A DNA stretch of 63,508 nucleotides, counting the filler. It is 3 parts of 3 records of this genome, joined end to end, with 100 filler letters (N's around TTAATTAATTAA, not from the genome) between each part and the next. Parts side by side here need not be neighbours in the genome. Positions count along the whole stretch, not along the records: positions 23,236 to 42,685 come from SRR31156797_2481; positions 42,786 to 63,508 come from SRR31156797_2486; 1 more part is not named here. One strand, given 5' to 3'. The position numbers and the translations under genes were made by a program. This document shows positions 32,626 through 42,808 of this stretch, piece after piece. Every line of letters starts with the position of its first letter. The first letter of the stretch is position 1. The notes beneath the pieces were generated by a model. That model was given only the letters and a program-made list of their open reading frames with translations, did not search any database and was not told where the DNA came from.

Positions 32626-33321
32626 ATGAAGTTTGGAGTAGTAATATTTCCGGGATCCAATTGTGATCATGATATGATTTATGTGTTAAATAAAAAGCTT
32701 CATCATGAGGTGGTTGAGCTTTGGCATAAAGATGATGATTTGCAAAATGTAGATGTTGTCGTTCTACCAGGTGGGTTTTCATATGGCGATTATTTACGGT
32801 CCGGTGCTATTGCCAGATATTCACCAATTATGAAAGAGGTGATAAAGTTTGCTGATAATGGAGGATATGTATTTGGAATTTGCAATGGATTTCAGATATT
32901 ATGCGAAGCAGGATTATTGCCAGGTACATTATTACATAACTTAAACCAAAAGTTTATTTGCAAAAACACATTTATCGTACCCGATAATCATGAAAGTGGT
33001 TTTAATATGTATGTTCCCAAACAACCATTGAATATCCCTATTGCCCATGGTGAAGGACGCTATTTTGCTGATGAAAAAACCATACAGGAATTGGAGAATA
33101 ACAACCAGGTGCTTTTCAGATACTCAAATGAAGAAGGAATTGTGAATGGTGAAGGTAACCCCAATGGTTCGGTAAATAGTATTGCAGGAGTTTGTAATGC
33201 TTCAAAAAACGTTTATGGAATGATGCCTCACCCCGAAAGAGCTGCTGACGAAGAGCTTGGGAATGAAGATGGAGCTCTTATATTACGTTCGTTTATTAAT
33301 TTTGTGAATGAAAGAAAGTAA
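32626..33321 (+). CDS. purQ: Phosphoribosylformylglycinamidine synthase subunit PurQ (likely start 32626)
   Basis: FPGSNCD, PGGFSYGDYLR, GICNGFQIL, PIAHGEG, GMMPHPER. Confidence 0.97.
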   Translation: MKFGVVIFPGSNCDHDMIYVLNKKLHHEVVELWHKDDDLQNVDVVVLPGGFSYGDYLRSGAIARYSPIMKEVIKFADNGGYVFGICNGFQILCEAGLLPGTLLHNLNQKFICKNTFIVPDNHESGFNMYVPKQPLNIPIAHGEGRYFADEKTIQELENNNQVLFRYSNEEGIVNGEGNPNGSVNSIAGVCNASKNVYGMMPHPERAADEELGNEDGALILRSFINFVNERK

Positions 33322-33328
33322 TTAACGC

Positions 33329-33886
33329 ATGCGCAGATTACTAACTTACTTTTTCCAGGGACTCATTGCTACTGCACCTATAGTCCTCACTATTTATTTA
33401 ATCTATGTAAGCTTCGTATATATTGACGGACTGCTCCCTTTTGAAATTCCAGGATTAGGCTTATTGGTAATAGTAATTTCTATTACGATAATAGGTTTTA
33501 TCGTCAATTATGCCATTAAAACACCCTTATATTATTACGCTCAAAAATTATTAGATAGGTTACCACTTTTTAAAGTTATTGTAACCTCAATTAAAGATTT
33601 ACTTAGCGCATTTGTAGGTAAAGAGAAAAAGTTTGAGTATCCGGTCAGAGTATTACTTGATGAGCATAATCAAATTGAAAGACTAGGGTTTCTTACTCAA
33701 AAAAGCCTTGATTTTATCGGTATCGAAGAGGGTAAGGTAGCTATTTACTTTCCGTCATCATATGGTATTTTAGGTGAATTATTTATAGTTCCGATTGATA
33801 GAGTGAAGCCAATGGATACTAAAGCTGCTGAAATGATGAAATTCATTATTAGTGGAGGAGTTTCCAAGACAACCATTTCTCAATAA
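33329..33886 (+). CDS. DUF502 family membrane protein
   Basis: F.QGL...P...T, IPGLG, LGFLT, MKFIISGG. Confidence 0.82.
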   Translation: MRRLLTYFFQGLIATAPIVLTIYLIYVSFVYIDGLLPFEIPGLGLLVIVISITIIGFIVNYAIKTPLYYYAQKLLDRLPLFKVIVTSIKDLLSAFVGKEKKFEYPVRVLLDEHNQIERLGFLTQKSLDFIGIEEGKVAIYFPSSYGILGELFIVPIDRVKPMDTKAAEMMKFIISGGVSKTTISQ

Positions 33887-34069
33887 CAGATAGATAACAC
33901 TTTAAAGTGTAGATATTCAATACCTTTGATTGGTTTTTATTATTTTAGCTATTGTTATGTAATAAAGATCAGAAAAATCTGTTATTTTTACAGTTTAATG
34001 TAACCAAACCTAAATTTTTTCGTCTTATGACGGGAATCTGAATTTTTAAAACCCAATAAACCCAATAAA

Positions 34070-35416
34070 ATGATACGTAAAACCCTTATTACTATTCAAT
34101 TTGTTTTTCTTATTGTTATTGCTCAAGCCCAGGATCAAAAAGAATGGAGCCTGGAGAATTGTGTAAACTTTGCGCTGGAAAATAATCTTGCCTTAAAGAA
34201 CCAAAATCTTACGGTTAGCATGTTAAATAATTACCGCCAAATGGCAAAATTTAATAGACTACCCGGAGTTAGTGCATCAACTAGTTTACAACGTCAGTTT
34301 GGGCAAACTTTTAATCAGGCAAAACTCGCCTTTGTTGACGAAAATAAGAATCAGTTTAACGCAAGCATCAGAGCAAATGCTCAGGTATTTAATGGATTTA
34401 AATATAAGTATGATATTCAAAAAACGACATATGATGTGCAAGCAGCTCAGGCTGATCTTGATGTACAAGCCAATGATCTGGCTCTAAATATTGTCAACTA
34501 CTATCTTCAAATTTTATATAACCGTGAGCAATTGAATGCTGCTGAAATTCAATTAGAAGTAACAAATAAGCAAATTGAGCGAACTGAAGCCCTTGTAGTG
34601 GCAGGAAGTACAGCCAAAGGTGATGTGTTGGAGCTTAAAGCTCAAGCTGCTGATGAAAAAGCTCAGATTACAAATTACGCAAATTTAGAAAGACAGGCTC
34701 GTATTAATTTAAAACAAGCTATGAATTTTTCAGGAGATAATATGGCTGTTTTAAATCCCAAAACTATTAATGCTGATAGCTTGTATCTTCAATTGCCTCC
34801 AATAAATGATGTTTACTTATCGGCATTGGAGCATTTACCGGAGATAAAAGCTGCACAGGCGCGTATTAATTCAAGTGCTCAGTCAATTGATATTGCAAAA
34901 GCAGATTATTATCCAACATTAGATGTTGGTGCTTCTCTTTCTACTTTTTATGATCAATCATTTCCAGATCCTGAAGACCCTGCCTCATCATATACTTTCT
35001 TTGAACAGGCTGGTGACTTTAGAACTGCTGTTGCATATGTTCAGCTTTCAATCCCTATTTTCAATAAAATGCAGGTGAAATATAATGTTCAGAATGCTCA
35101 AATTAGTTATGAGCAAGCTCAAACAGATGAACTTATCACACAACAGAATATTTATAAAACTATTGAGTCTGCCCACAGTGACGCTCAAAGTGCCCACAGA
35201 AGTTTTACTGCTGCGAAAGAGTCCTTAGCTGCCAGTGAGGAGTCATTTCGTTATGCTGAACAAAGATTTAATGCGGGTTTAATTAATTCTGTAGACTACA
35301 ACCTGGCAAAGTCGAATTTATCTAAAGCTCAGGTGGCGTTACTTAATGCACGTTATGAGCTTATATTTAAGGTGAAAATTCTGGATTTTTATATGGGTAA
35401 ACCACTCAATCTGTAA
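34070..35416 (+). CDS. TolC-family outer membrane efflux protein
   Basis: Signal peptide; WSLENCVNFALENN, YYPTL, SIPIFN, RFNAGLINSVDY. Confidence 0.88.
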   Translation: MIRKTLITIQFVFLIVIAQAQDQKEWSLENCVNFALENNLALKNQNLTVSMLNNYRQMAKFNRLPGVSASTSLQRQFGQTFNQAKLAFVDENKNQFNASIRANAQVFNGFKYKYDIQKTTYDVQAAQADLDVQANDLALNIVNYYLQILYNREQLNAAEIQLEVTNKQIERTEALVVAGSTAKGDVLELKAQAADEKAQITNYANLERQARINLKQAMNFSGDNMAVLNPKTINADSLYLQLPPINDVYLSALEHLPEIKAAQARINSSAQSIDIAKADYYPTLDVGASLSTFYDQSFPDPEDPASSYTFFEQAGDFRTAVAYVQLSIPIFNKMQVKYNVQNAQISYEQAQTDELITQQNIYKTIESAHSDAQSAHRSFTAAKESLAASEESFRYAEQRFNAGLINSVDYNLAKSNLSKAQVALLNARYELIFKVKILDFYMGKPLNL

Positions 35417-35435
35417 AAGTCAATTGCTTTTTTTA

Positions 35436-35443
35436 TAATTTTG
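35436..35443 (+). promoter_or_regulatory. Bacteroidota -7 element for tsaB
   Basis: TAATTTTG 16 nt upstream of ATG. Confidence 0.5.
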
Positions 35444-35459
35444 CCCAAAATCAATTATC

Positions 35460-36152
35460 ATGGGCAAGATTTTAAGTATTGATACAGCCACGGATATTTG
35501 TTCTGTGGCTTTGGGATATGATGGTGAGCTTAGAGATAAGATGGAATCTGCTGAAGATCGATCTCATGCCAAGCTTTTGACGGTCTTAATTCAGGATATT
35601 TTAGATAAAAATGGATTGCAGGTTTCAGATCTTGATGCAATTGCTGTAAGCGAAGGACCAGGTTCATATACGGGTTTGCGAATAGGAGTTTCTGCAGCCA
35701 AAGGGATGTGTTACGTAAGCAAATTACCTTTAATTGGCATATCTACGCTTAAAACAATTGCAGCAGGTTATTTGAAGAATAATGATGTTTCAAATGAAAC
35801 TGTATTGCTTCCAATGCTTGACGCCAGGCGTATGGAAGTATACTACGCTGAATACGATAGTTTATTAAATGAGAAAATTGCAGCTACTCCACTTGTAGTT
35901 GATGAAGATTCTTTTAGAGAGTATGATACGAAAGATGAAGTTGTTTTTTTAGGAAGTGGTGCTCTAAAATGCAGCGAAATTTTATCATTTAAAAATGCAA
36001 CTTATATTACTGATATACTTAATAAGGCAGAGTTTATGGTAGATATTGCGGAGCAAAGCTACAGCATTAACAAATTTGTTGATGTGGCATATTTTGAGCC
36101 AGCATATTTAAAGCCATTCATAGCGACACAACCTAAAAAGAAGTTTTTCTAA
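35460..36152 (+). CDS. tsaB: tRNA threonylcarbamoyladenosine biosynthesis protein TsaB
   Basis: ILSIDTAT..CSVA, GPGSYTGLRIG, DARRMEVY. Confidence 0.95.
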   Translation: MGKILSIDTATDICSVALGYDGELRDKMESAEDRSHAKLLTVLIQDILDKNGLQVSDLDAIAVSEGPGSYTGLRIGVSAAKGMCYVSKLPLIGISTLKTIAAGYLKNNDVSNETVLLPMLDARRMEVYYAEYDSLLNEKIAATPLVVDEDSFREYDTKDEVVFLGSGALKCSEILSFKNATYITDILNKAEFMVDIAEQSYSINKFVDVAYFEPAYLKPFIATQPKKKFF

Positions 36153-36184
36153 GTCGCATATAACACAGATTATTACAAATTGTA

Positions 36185-36192
36185 TATTTTTG
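36185..36192 (+). promoter_or_regulatory. Bacteroidota -7 element for efp
   Basis: TATTTTTG 17 nt upstream of ATG. Confidence 0.5.
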
Positions 36193-36209
36193 CAAAAAAC
36201 TAAATAAAA

Positions 36210-36779
36210 ATGGGAGATACTACAGATATCAAAAACGGATTGACTATTAATTATAAAAATGGTCTTTATGCAGTGGTTAGTTTTCAGCATGTGAAACCTG
36301 GAAAAGGTCCTGCATTTGTGCGTACTAAATTGAAAAATATTGAGACAGGTAAGGTAATTGACAATACATTTTCCTCAGGTGCAAAACTTGATATAGTTCG
36401 TATTGAAAGACGTCCATATCAATATTTATATAAAGATGACACTGGTCTTATTCTGATGAATAATGAAACCTATGAGCAAATTCCTGTTGACGAAAAACTT
36501 ATAACAGGGTATGAATTCCTTAAAGAGGGAATGAATGTTGAAGTTGTATTTCACGCGGATAAAGAAATTCCTCTATTTGCTGAATTACCAATGCATGTTG
36601 AAATGGAAGTAACCTATACCGAACCTGGTGTGAAAGGTGATACTACATCTACTACTGTTATGAAACCTGCTACAATTGAGACAGGTGCCGAAGTAAATGT
36701 GCCACTATTTATTAACATTGGAGATAAGATTAAAATTGACACAGCTACCGGAGCATATGTCGAAAGAGTTAAATCTTAA
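36210..36779 (+). CDS. efp: Elongation factor P
   Basis: HVKPGKGPAFVRTKL, TEPGVKGDT, KPA.IETGA. Confidence 0.97.
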   Translation: MGDTTDIKNGLTINYKNGLYAVVSFQHVKPGKGPAFVRTKLKNIETGKVIDNTFSSGAKLDIVRIERRPYQYLYKDDTGLILMNNETYEQIPVDEKLITGYEFLKEGMNVEVVFHADKEIPLFAELPMHVEMEVTYTEPGVKGDTTSTTVMKPATIETGAEVNVPLFINIGDKIKIDTATGAYVERVKS

Positions 36780-36825
36780 TTTGCATTCAGCTTAAAATTG
36801 TATAAATTGCATGTAAATTCATATT

Positions 36826-38055
36826 ATGGCAAAAAAAGCATCTTTGCATAGGCTGCAGTTTTGTAATTTTAAGCTGGATTTTTTGCTTAACGTTACCCTT
36901 GCTATTAATGAAAATTTGCCTATCCAGGAATTGCTGGATAAATTCGTAAATATTCTTCGTGAAGATCTTAACATTGGAAAACTTATTCTTTACAAGTACA
37001 ATGAAAAATGGGAAACCTTAATTTACGATGGTGTTTCTAAAAAACTTGTGGATGATCTTTCAGTTGAGAATGATTTACTTTATTACAAACAAATTACAAA
37101 TCTCACCACTACTTTAAATACCAATCTAAGTCAATTTGATGTTATAATTCCTGTTTATCATAAAGACAGAGCGTTAGCATACCTTGTGATTGGAGACATT
37201 GATGAAGAGAGAGTAGGTGTTAGTCCAACCATTAAACACTTACATTTTATTCAAACATTAGCCAATATTATGGTTGTGGCTATTGAGAATAAAAGGTTGT
37301 ATAATCAAAACTTGCATCAAAAGGTTTTGCATAAAGAGCTTGAATTAGCATCAAAAATGCAAAACATGCTGATTCCAACACATGCCTCATTACCGAATAA
37401 TGATCAGATAGAAACTGCTGCTTACTATTTACCGCACTTTGAAGTAGGTGGTGATTATTACGATATAATTAAGTTAAACAGCCATAGTTATGGTTTTTGT
37501 GTGGCTGATGTATCCGGAAAGGGAATCTCAGCAGCCTTGTTAATGTCTAATTTTCAGGCTAACCTAAGAGCTTTGCTGACTGAGAAAACTTCTATGAAGG
37601 AGGTTGTGATTAATTTGAATGAACGAGTAATGAAAAGTGCTAACGGTGAAAAGTTCATTACATTATTCATTGGTCGTTATAATGCAGAGGAACATCGTTT
37701 AGAATATGTTAATGCAGGGCACAATCCGCCAATATTCTTCGAACCGGGTGCTTATCAAATTTCGTATTTAAAAGTGGGATGCACAGGAGTTGGAATGTTT
37801 GATGAATTGCCAAGTATACAGGTAGGAGAAGTTTATACAACTCCAGGCTCCAGACTTTTACTGTACACCGACGGAATGGTTGAGCTTGAAAATGAAAATC
37901 AGGTTGAATTTGGCACAGGTATTATGGAGCATGAATTGGTCCAAAAGCAGTCAATTGAGGATATCGTAAATAAAACAATTGATCAATTAGATGAGCATAA
38001 AGGTGCAGGGAAATATGACGATGACGTTACCCTATTTGGGTTTGAGTTTCATTAG
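36826..38055 (+). CDS. RsbU-like PP2C/SpoIIE phosphatase with N-terminal GAF-like domain
   Basis: VGGDYYD, ADVSGKG, NAGHNPP, YTDG, DDVT. Confidence 0.88.
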   Translation: MAKKASLHRLQFCNFKLDFLLNVTLAINENLPIQELLDKFVNILREDLNIGKLILYKYNEKWETLIYDGVSKKLVDDLSVENDLLYYKQITNLTTTLNTNLSQFDVIIPVYHKDRALAYLVIGDIDEERVGVSPTIKHLHFIQTLANIMVVAIENKRLYNQNLHQKVLHKELELASKMQNMLIPTHASLPNNDQIETAAYYLPHFEVGGDYYDIIKLNSHSYGFCVADVSGKGISAALLMSNFQANLRALLTEKTSMKEVVINLNERVMKSANGEKFITLFIGRYNAEEHRLEYVNAGHNPPIFFEPGAYQISYLKVGCTGVGMFDELPSIQVGEVYTTPGSRLLLYTDGMVELENENQVEFGTGIMEHELVQKQSIEDIVNKTIDQLDEHKGAGKYDDDVTLFGFEFH

Positions 38056-39505
38056 TAATTTCGTTCTTTTCAGAAAAACTTTTTTCGTATAAATCTATTG
38101 CTACAATTACTGCAGTAAATCCCCAAAACGGAACTGAAATTTTATCCGTATCCAGAAAATTATTTAAAAATCCGTGCAAGTAGTATGTTATTAAACCAAG
38201 AAGTGCTCCCATTAGGTAATTTTTGAGAGCCGGATCTTTTATTTTGTAATATCTTTTTATGGCTACAACAAGCACTGTAATAATTAATCCAAGATAGGTA
38301 AGCATTCCAAAAACACCTTGCTCCGAGAGTGGTCCAAAGTATTCTGAATGTGCATTGCCCATATCACCTGCATTAGTTGAAATAATGGTTTTTTCATATG
38401 ACATTTGATATGGAGCATACTTGAACATGTATGTGCCCGGACCAAATCCCAATAATGGTTTTTCATCAAACATACGAAATGCAGACTTCCAACGATTAAT
38501 TCTTTCTAAATTTGAAGCATCACTACTAATGTTAGTCATAGATTTGACGTGGTCTCCGATATTTTCAACTGAACTATCTTGTCGGTTTTGTTCTAGTTGA
38601 ATCATTATTTTGCTCCATGAAAAAAGAATAGCAAACAACACAATCAGTGATAAGGTTGTGATATATTTCCAGTTAACTCTTAGTCGTATGACCAAATATA
38701 CTAAACCAGCACCAATAACACTAAGCCACGCAGCCCTTGAATACGAAAACATCAAGGCTATTACAAACATTGTAAGCATACTGATGGTGAAAATTCGCAT
38801 CAGTAATGATTGACCTTTTCTAATGGCAAAAATGAATAGTATAGGAACATAAAATGCAAGAGCTGCTCCATAAATAGTATGGTCTTTAAAGAATGGATTT
38901 GAGGCCCAGTGTGCAATCCTGCTATCAAAAATACCATAAGTAAGGTGGCGAACTAACGCATATACAATTACTATAATGGTTGGTATCGTATATAGCCAAA
39001 GCAAACGCTGTATATCTTTTTTACTTTTAAGTATTATCACCATCAAATAGTAGAATACTACTAAAAACCATAGTCTCATGGCAAAAAACTTAATGCTGAC
39101 AACAACCATTGTGCTGGTAATTGTTGTAATAAGCATCCAAAACATCAAAATAAGACTGGCTATGGTCACAGGGTGATAAATAACCTCTTTTTTAATTAAC
39201 TTTTTTGTTGGAATTAGTATAATAAACAACAGCAATAAGCCTGCAAGTAAGGGCTCTGTTGGAATAAACATATTAATAGGAGCTTCTCGAACATATTCAC
39301 TAAGGGGAACAGATAGAGGCACCATAAATATGATTAAAAAAACAAGCTTGTCAATTGACTTAAGTGCAAGCCATACAATTAAGAAAACGTAAGGGATTAG
39401 CAATGCAAAATAAAATTCAGCGGCTATTGCAAAAGCAGTAATAGCTAAAAATATTGCTGCGATTGAAAAGAAAATAAATTGTGTTTTTTTGAAAAGTTCT
39501 CTCAC
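38027..39505 (-). CDS. O-antigen ligase/Wzy_C family membrane protein
   Basis: Multi-TM; SYSRAAW, SNLER..RW, G.GPG, AHSEY...L.E.G. Confidence 0.85.
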   Translation of the reverse strand: MRELFKKTQFIFFSIAAIFLAITAFAIAAEFYFALLIPYVFLIVWLALKSIDKLVFLIIFMVPLSVPLSEYVREAPINMFIPTEPLLAGLLLLFIILIPTKKLIKKEVIYHPVTIASLILMFWMLITTITSTMVVVSIKFFAMRLWFLVVFYYLMVIILKSKKDIQRLLWLYTIPTIIVIVYALVRHLTYGIFDSRIAHWASNPFFKDHTIYGAALAFYVPILFIFAIRKGQSLLMRIFTISMLTMFVIALMFSYSRAAWLSVIGAGLVYLVIRLRVNWKYITTLSLIVLFAILFSWSKIMIQLEQNRQDSSVENIGDHVKSMTNISSDASNLERINRWKSAFRMFDEKPLLGFGPGTYMFKYAPYQMSYEKTIISTNAGDMGNAHSEYFGPLSEQGVFGMLTYLGLIITVLVVAIKRYYKIKDPALKNYLMGALLGLITYYLHGFLNNFLDTDKISVPFWGFTAVIVAIDLYEKSFSEKNEITNETQTQIG

Positions 39506-39510
39506 AATTT

Positions 39511-40521
39511 TTAAGACTTCAATTGCTTTTTAGTTGAATCTATAATTAGCAATAATAAAATACTGAAGATAAAAGCTCCAAATGTAGAAACAACAACAAT
39601 TAACCATCTAATTGGATATGCTTTTTTCTCTGCAATTTGGGCACTTTCAACAATATATGTGTGAGGCAGAGATTCATTGGCATCAACCTGTGCAAGTTCA
39701 AATTTTTCACGAACTTCACCAAAACGCTTGTTTGCCATATATAAACGATCTCTTACTTTAACATAATCACCTCCATACTCGGATAGTACTTTAAGTTTTT
39801 CTTCAAGTTTTCTTGCCCCTGCCATTCTGTTTTCAGCAATGGCTACTGCATAAGCATCATTGTATACTTCTGATTGCGATTCGTAGTTGTTGATTCCTTT
39901 TTCACGGATTTGTTTAAATTCTACTTCAAGGTTATTGATTACCGAATCAAGATAATCATATTCTTTCTTAACAATGGCGAGTGCTTTTAAGGCGCGTTCT
40001 CTTTTCATGTTGTTCATAACCGTGTCTACTAATGCAGCAATATCATTGGCCATGTTTGCAGCAAGCTCGGGATCTTTATCTAAAACTTCAATTCTGATAG
40101 ACATAAATTGTGTTCGCTCAATGGATACATTACCATTGTATTCTTCCTGCAATTTTGTACGAGGGAAAGCACCTTTGGGATCAATTTCGTAGTGCTCGTA
40201 TAAGTTATATTTTTTAACAACCCGGTCTCTGATTTCATCTGATAAAAGAATCTGCATCATTTGCTCAACCTCTTCTTCCTCACCAAATACCATTAAGTCT
40301 TTGGTTGTATTCGACTCTGTTAAAAGTCCTTTTGAAATAGACCCCGATGTGGCCGGGAACATGATTACGGTTGATTTAAATTTCGGTGTAATAACCAATG
40401 ATGCTATGATCGCTATTATTGCTCCAACAGTAGTTATAGCAAAAACAGGTTTCCATTTTTTGAGTATAAAAACAATCAGATTTGACGAATCAAAGTTATT
40501 TTCTTGTTTGTTGGTGTCCAT
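39511..40521 (-). CDS. Wzz/chain-length determinant (polysaccharide co-polymerase) family protein
   Basis: TM at each end, coiled-coil periplasmic region, KKAYP.R before the C-terminal TM. Confidence 0.8.
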   Translation of the reverse strand: MDTNKQENNFDSSNLIVFILKKWKPVFAITTVGAIIAIIASLVITPKFKSTVIMFPATSGSISKGLLTESNTTKDLMVFGEEEEVEQMMQILLSDEIRDRVVKKYNLYEHYEIDPKGAFPRTKLQEEYNGNVSIERTQFMSIRIEVLDKDPELAANMANDIAALVDTVMNNMKRERALKALAIVKKEYDYLDSVINNLEVEFKQIREKGINNYESQSEVYNDAYAVAIAENRMAGARKLEEKLKVLSEYGGDYVKVRDRLYMANKRFGEVREKFELAQVDANESLPHTYIVESAQIAEKKAYPIRWLIVVVSTFGAFIFSILLLLIIDSTKKQLKS

Positions 40522-40543
40522 TTTGGCGAAATTTAAGTTTTTG

Positions 40544-40551
40544 CAAAAATA
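40544..40551 (-). promoter_or_regulatory. Bacteroidota -7 element for the wzz/ligase pair
   Basis: Minus-strand TATTTTTG about 22 nt upstream of ATG. Confidence 0.5.
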
Positions 40552-40590
40552 TAAATATATGCTGATTTGATACTATCTAATCGCGCGTAT

Positions 40591-42555
40591 TTATATTTCA
40601 ACACTATATTTTAGTATTAGTTTTTTAGTCTCACCTGGTTTTAATTCTATTTCCCATGTTAGAAATCCTTTGTCTTTTTTTAGTTTTGCTCCTGAAAGTT
40701 CAATTGGCTCAACTTCCTTTTCCTTGATCTGACTTACCGGTATTTGATCTTCAATTATTAATGAAATGTTTTCAGATTTGGAGTTTCGTGCTGATATCTC
40801 ATAGGTGAACGTTTCTTTCTTCAACCTTCCTCCCAATGTGTGATCTGCTTCATAGTCTTTTGTTTCTTTTTTTACTACTACGGCCGGGTCTCTAGCAATG
40901 CTTAACTTCATGGTGTCTTTTGTGCTCTTTTCTGACAATGGAATGCTTCCAACCCAGGTCTCTTCAAAAAACACTGAAGCATTACCTTCCAGAATTTTTA
41001 TTTCATCCCAATTTGTTATTTCAGCAATCAGGAATGATTCGTCTGCAAATTCGGGAACAGCATAATATTTAAATTCTGCTGGAATGGAGGTTGTTTTATA
41101 TTCAATGTATTTTCCTTTTTCACCGGTAGGGATGTCATATTTTTTATCGAAATTGTAGTTGATACGGTTTGTTTGCTTGTTAGCCACAACGCCTGAGCTG
41201 TAAGAGCTACTAATGGAAGGTTTTTCTCTTTTGTAATTGATACTTTTCGGCGGTGCCGACTTGCCTCTACTGCTTCTGAATGTTCCACCACCACTTCCGC
41301 TGGGATTTATTTCATCTGCAGTAATTGTTCCACCACTTGAGGTATTATATTTATCAATCATGGGTACTTTGTATTCAACAACCTGAATCTCATCTAATGA
41401 AATAGAGGTTTCATTCAAATAAATGTCAAGAAGTGTTACTTTTTCATTGTTTACAGTTACATTACTTTCCATTTTTTTCTGATAACCTACTGAGGATATT
41501 ATCAAATCATAATTTCCCGGTAATACAGGTTTTAATACGTAGTTACCGTCGAAGTCACTTGTAGTTCCTGCAATTTGATAGCCATTTTTTTCTGCAACAA
41601 TATTGGCAAATGGCACACCATTTCTGTCAGCATCTAATATGCGACCTTTAATTGCTCCAGGACCATCAATCTTTTTGAATGTGCGTTTTGCGCTGCCATA
41701 ATTTGGTTTATTATACCCGACATGCCAAACTTGTAATTCGGGTTTAATATTGGTTTGCACAGGGTTAGCGTTGCTTATGCCTAACTGGATGTTCTTCCAG
41801 TTGTTTTGACTATTTTGTGTAACAATCGCTTTGTGAACTAATTTGATAGGTTTTGCGGTGCTTTCTACGAACAAATCGTAAACGGGTTGCCAGCCTGCTT
41901 CAGGTAGGAAGTAGGTGAGGATTAATTCACCAGAAAATGAGGTTTCGGTTTCTCCTAAAATAAAAACTTCAGCATAAGCTTTTTGTTCATCTTGTTTTTT
42001 ACGCATTTCAATGTTGAGTTCACTCATTTCGTTTTTTATTTCATTGAGTTTTTCGTTGAGATCGGTTGTCTTTTTCTGAATGAGAAACATTCTTTCGCCA
42101 TAAAAATCTGTAACAGCGTTAAGCTGTTCTTTTGTAAGTGTTTGATCACCTTTTATATTGTAGTTCGATTTTAGCAGGTGTTGTTCTTCTGATAAAGCTT
42201 TTAATTGATTAAGTATACCTATTCTTTTTTTATTAAGCGATTCAATTTTTTTATTAGTGCTTTCAAATGCATTGGGCTTAAGTTGATTGGTGTTGATTTT
42301 TGGCTCCAAAGAGTGGATTTTAATTTTATCATCAGCTTTTAAGCGAATCGATTCAGGGTCGGCACTGATTGGCAGCCCTTTTAGTACTAGTACAAATTCG
42401 CCTTTTGGCAGTGTAATGTCGATATTGGTTTCAATTTGTGCCCCTTCTAAAAAGAACTGAACTTTTTGTATGGGTGCGTCGAACTTGAGTGTGTCTGCTG
42501 CATGGATTTGAATAATAGCAGCGAAGGATAAGATTGAAAGTAATAATTTTTTCAT
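40591..42555 (-). CDS. DUF4140/DUF4139 (MuiA-like) secreted protein with inserted carboxypeptidase-regulatory-like domain
   Basis: V.FF.EGAQI, AGWQPVYDL, QNSQNNW, IEDQIPVS, GFLTWEI; insert IKGRILD...GVPFANI...GTTSDFDGNY. Confidence 0.8.
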   Translation of the reverse strand: MKKLLLSILSFAAIIQIHAADTLKFDAPIQKVQFFLEGAQIETNIDITLPKGEFVLVLKGLPISADPESIRLKADDKIKIHSLEPKINTNQLKPNAFESTNKKIESLNKKRIGILNQLKALSEEQHLLKSNYNIKGDQTLTKEQLNAVTDFYGERMFLIQKKTTDLNEKLNEIKNEMSELNIEMRKKQDEQKAYAEVFILGETETSFSGELILTYFLPEAGWQPVYDLFVESTAKPIKLVHKAIVTQNSQNNWKNIQLGISNANPVQTNIKPELQVWHVGYNKPNYGSAKRTFKKIDGPGAIKGRILDADRNGVPFANIVAEKNGYQIAGTTSDFDGNYVLKPVLPGNYDLIISSVGYQKKMESNVTVNNEKVTLLDIYLNETSISLDEIQVVEYKVPMIDKYNTSSGGTITADEINPSGSGGGTFRSSRGKSAPPKSINYKREKPSISSSYSSGVVANKQTNRINYNFDKKYDIPTGEKGKYIEYKTTSIPAEFKYYAVPEFADESFLIAEITNWDEIKILEGNASVFFEETWVGSIPLSEKSTKDTMKLSIARDPAVVVKKETKDYEADHTLGGRLKKETFTYEISARNSKSENISLIIEDQIPVSQIKEKEVEPIELSGAKLKKDKGFLTWEIELKPGETKKLILKYSVEI

Positions 42556-42685
42556 AGCAATAGGTTTTCTTATTTAACCGATAATTTTCAGCAATATTGT
42601 TTTTTCGAAGATACCTAATTTTCAATAATTTGATAATATTATGTTCTTTGTCTTGATACAAAGAACCAAAAATCAAGACTTAGTA

Positions 42686-42785
42686 NNNNNNNNNNNNNNN
42701 NNNNNNNNNNNNNNNNNNNNNNNNNNNNNTTAATTAATTAANNNNNNNNNNNNNNNNNNNNNNNNNNNNNNNNNNNNNNNNNNNN
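42686..42785. other. Artificial contig linker
   Basis: 44 N + TTAATTAATTAA + 44 N; base composition changes across it. Confidence 0.97.
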
Positions 42786-42808
42786 AAAGAACCATTTATG
42801 GACAGACA

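Noticed and set aside
42650-42679. GTCTTGAT...ATCAAGAC inverted repeat at the end of contig B
   Set aside because: Too short and too close to the contig end to call a terminator or mobile element.
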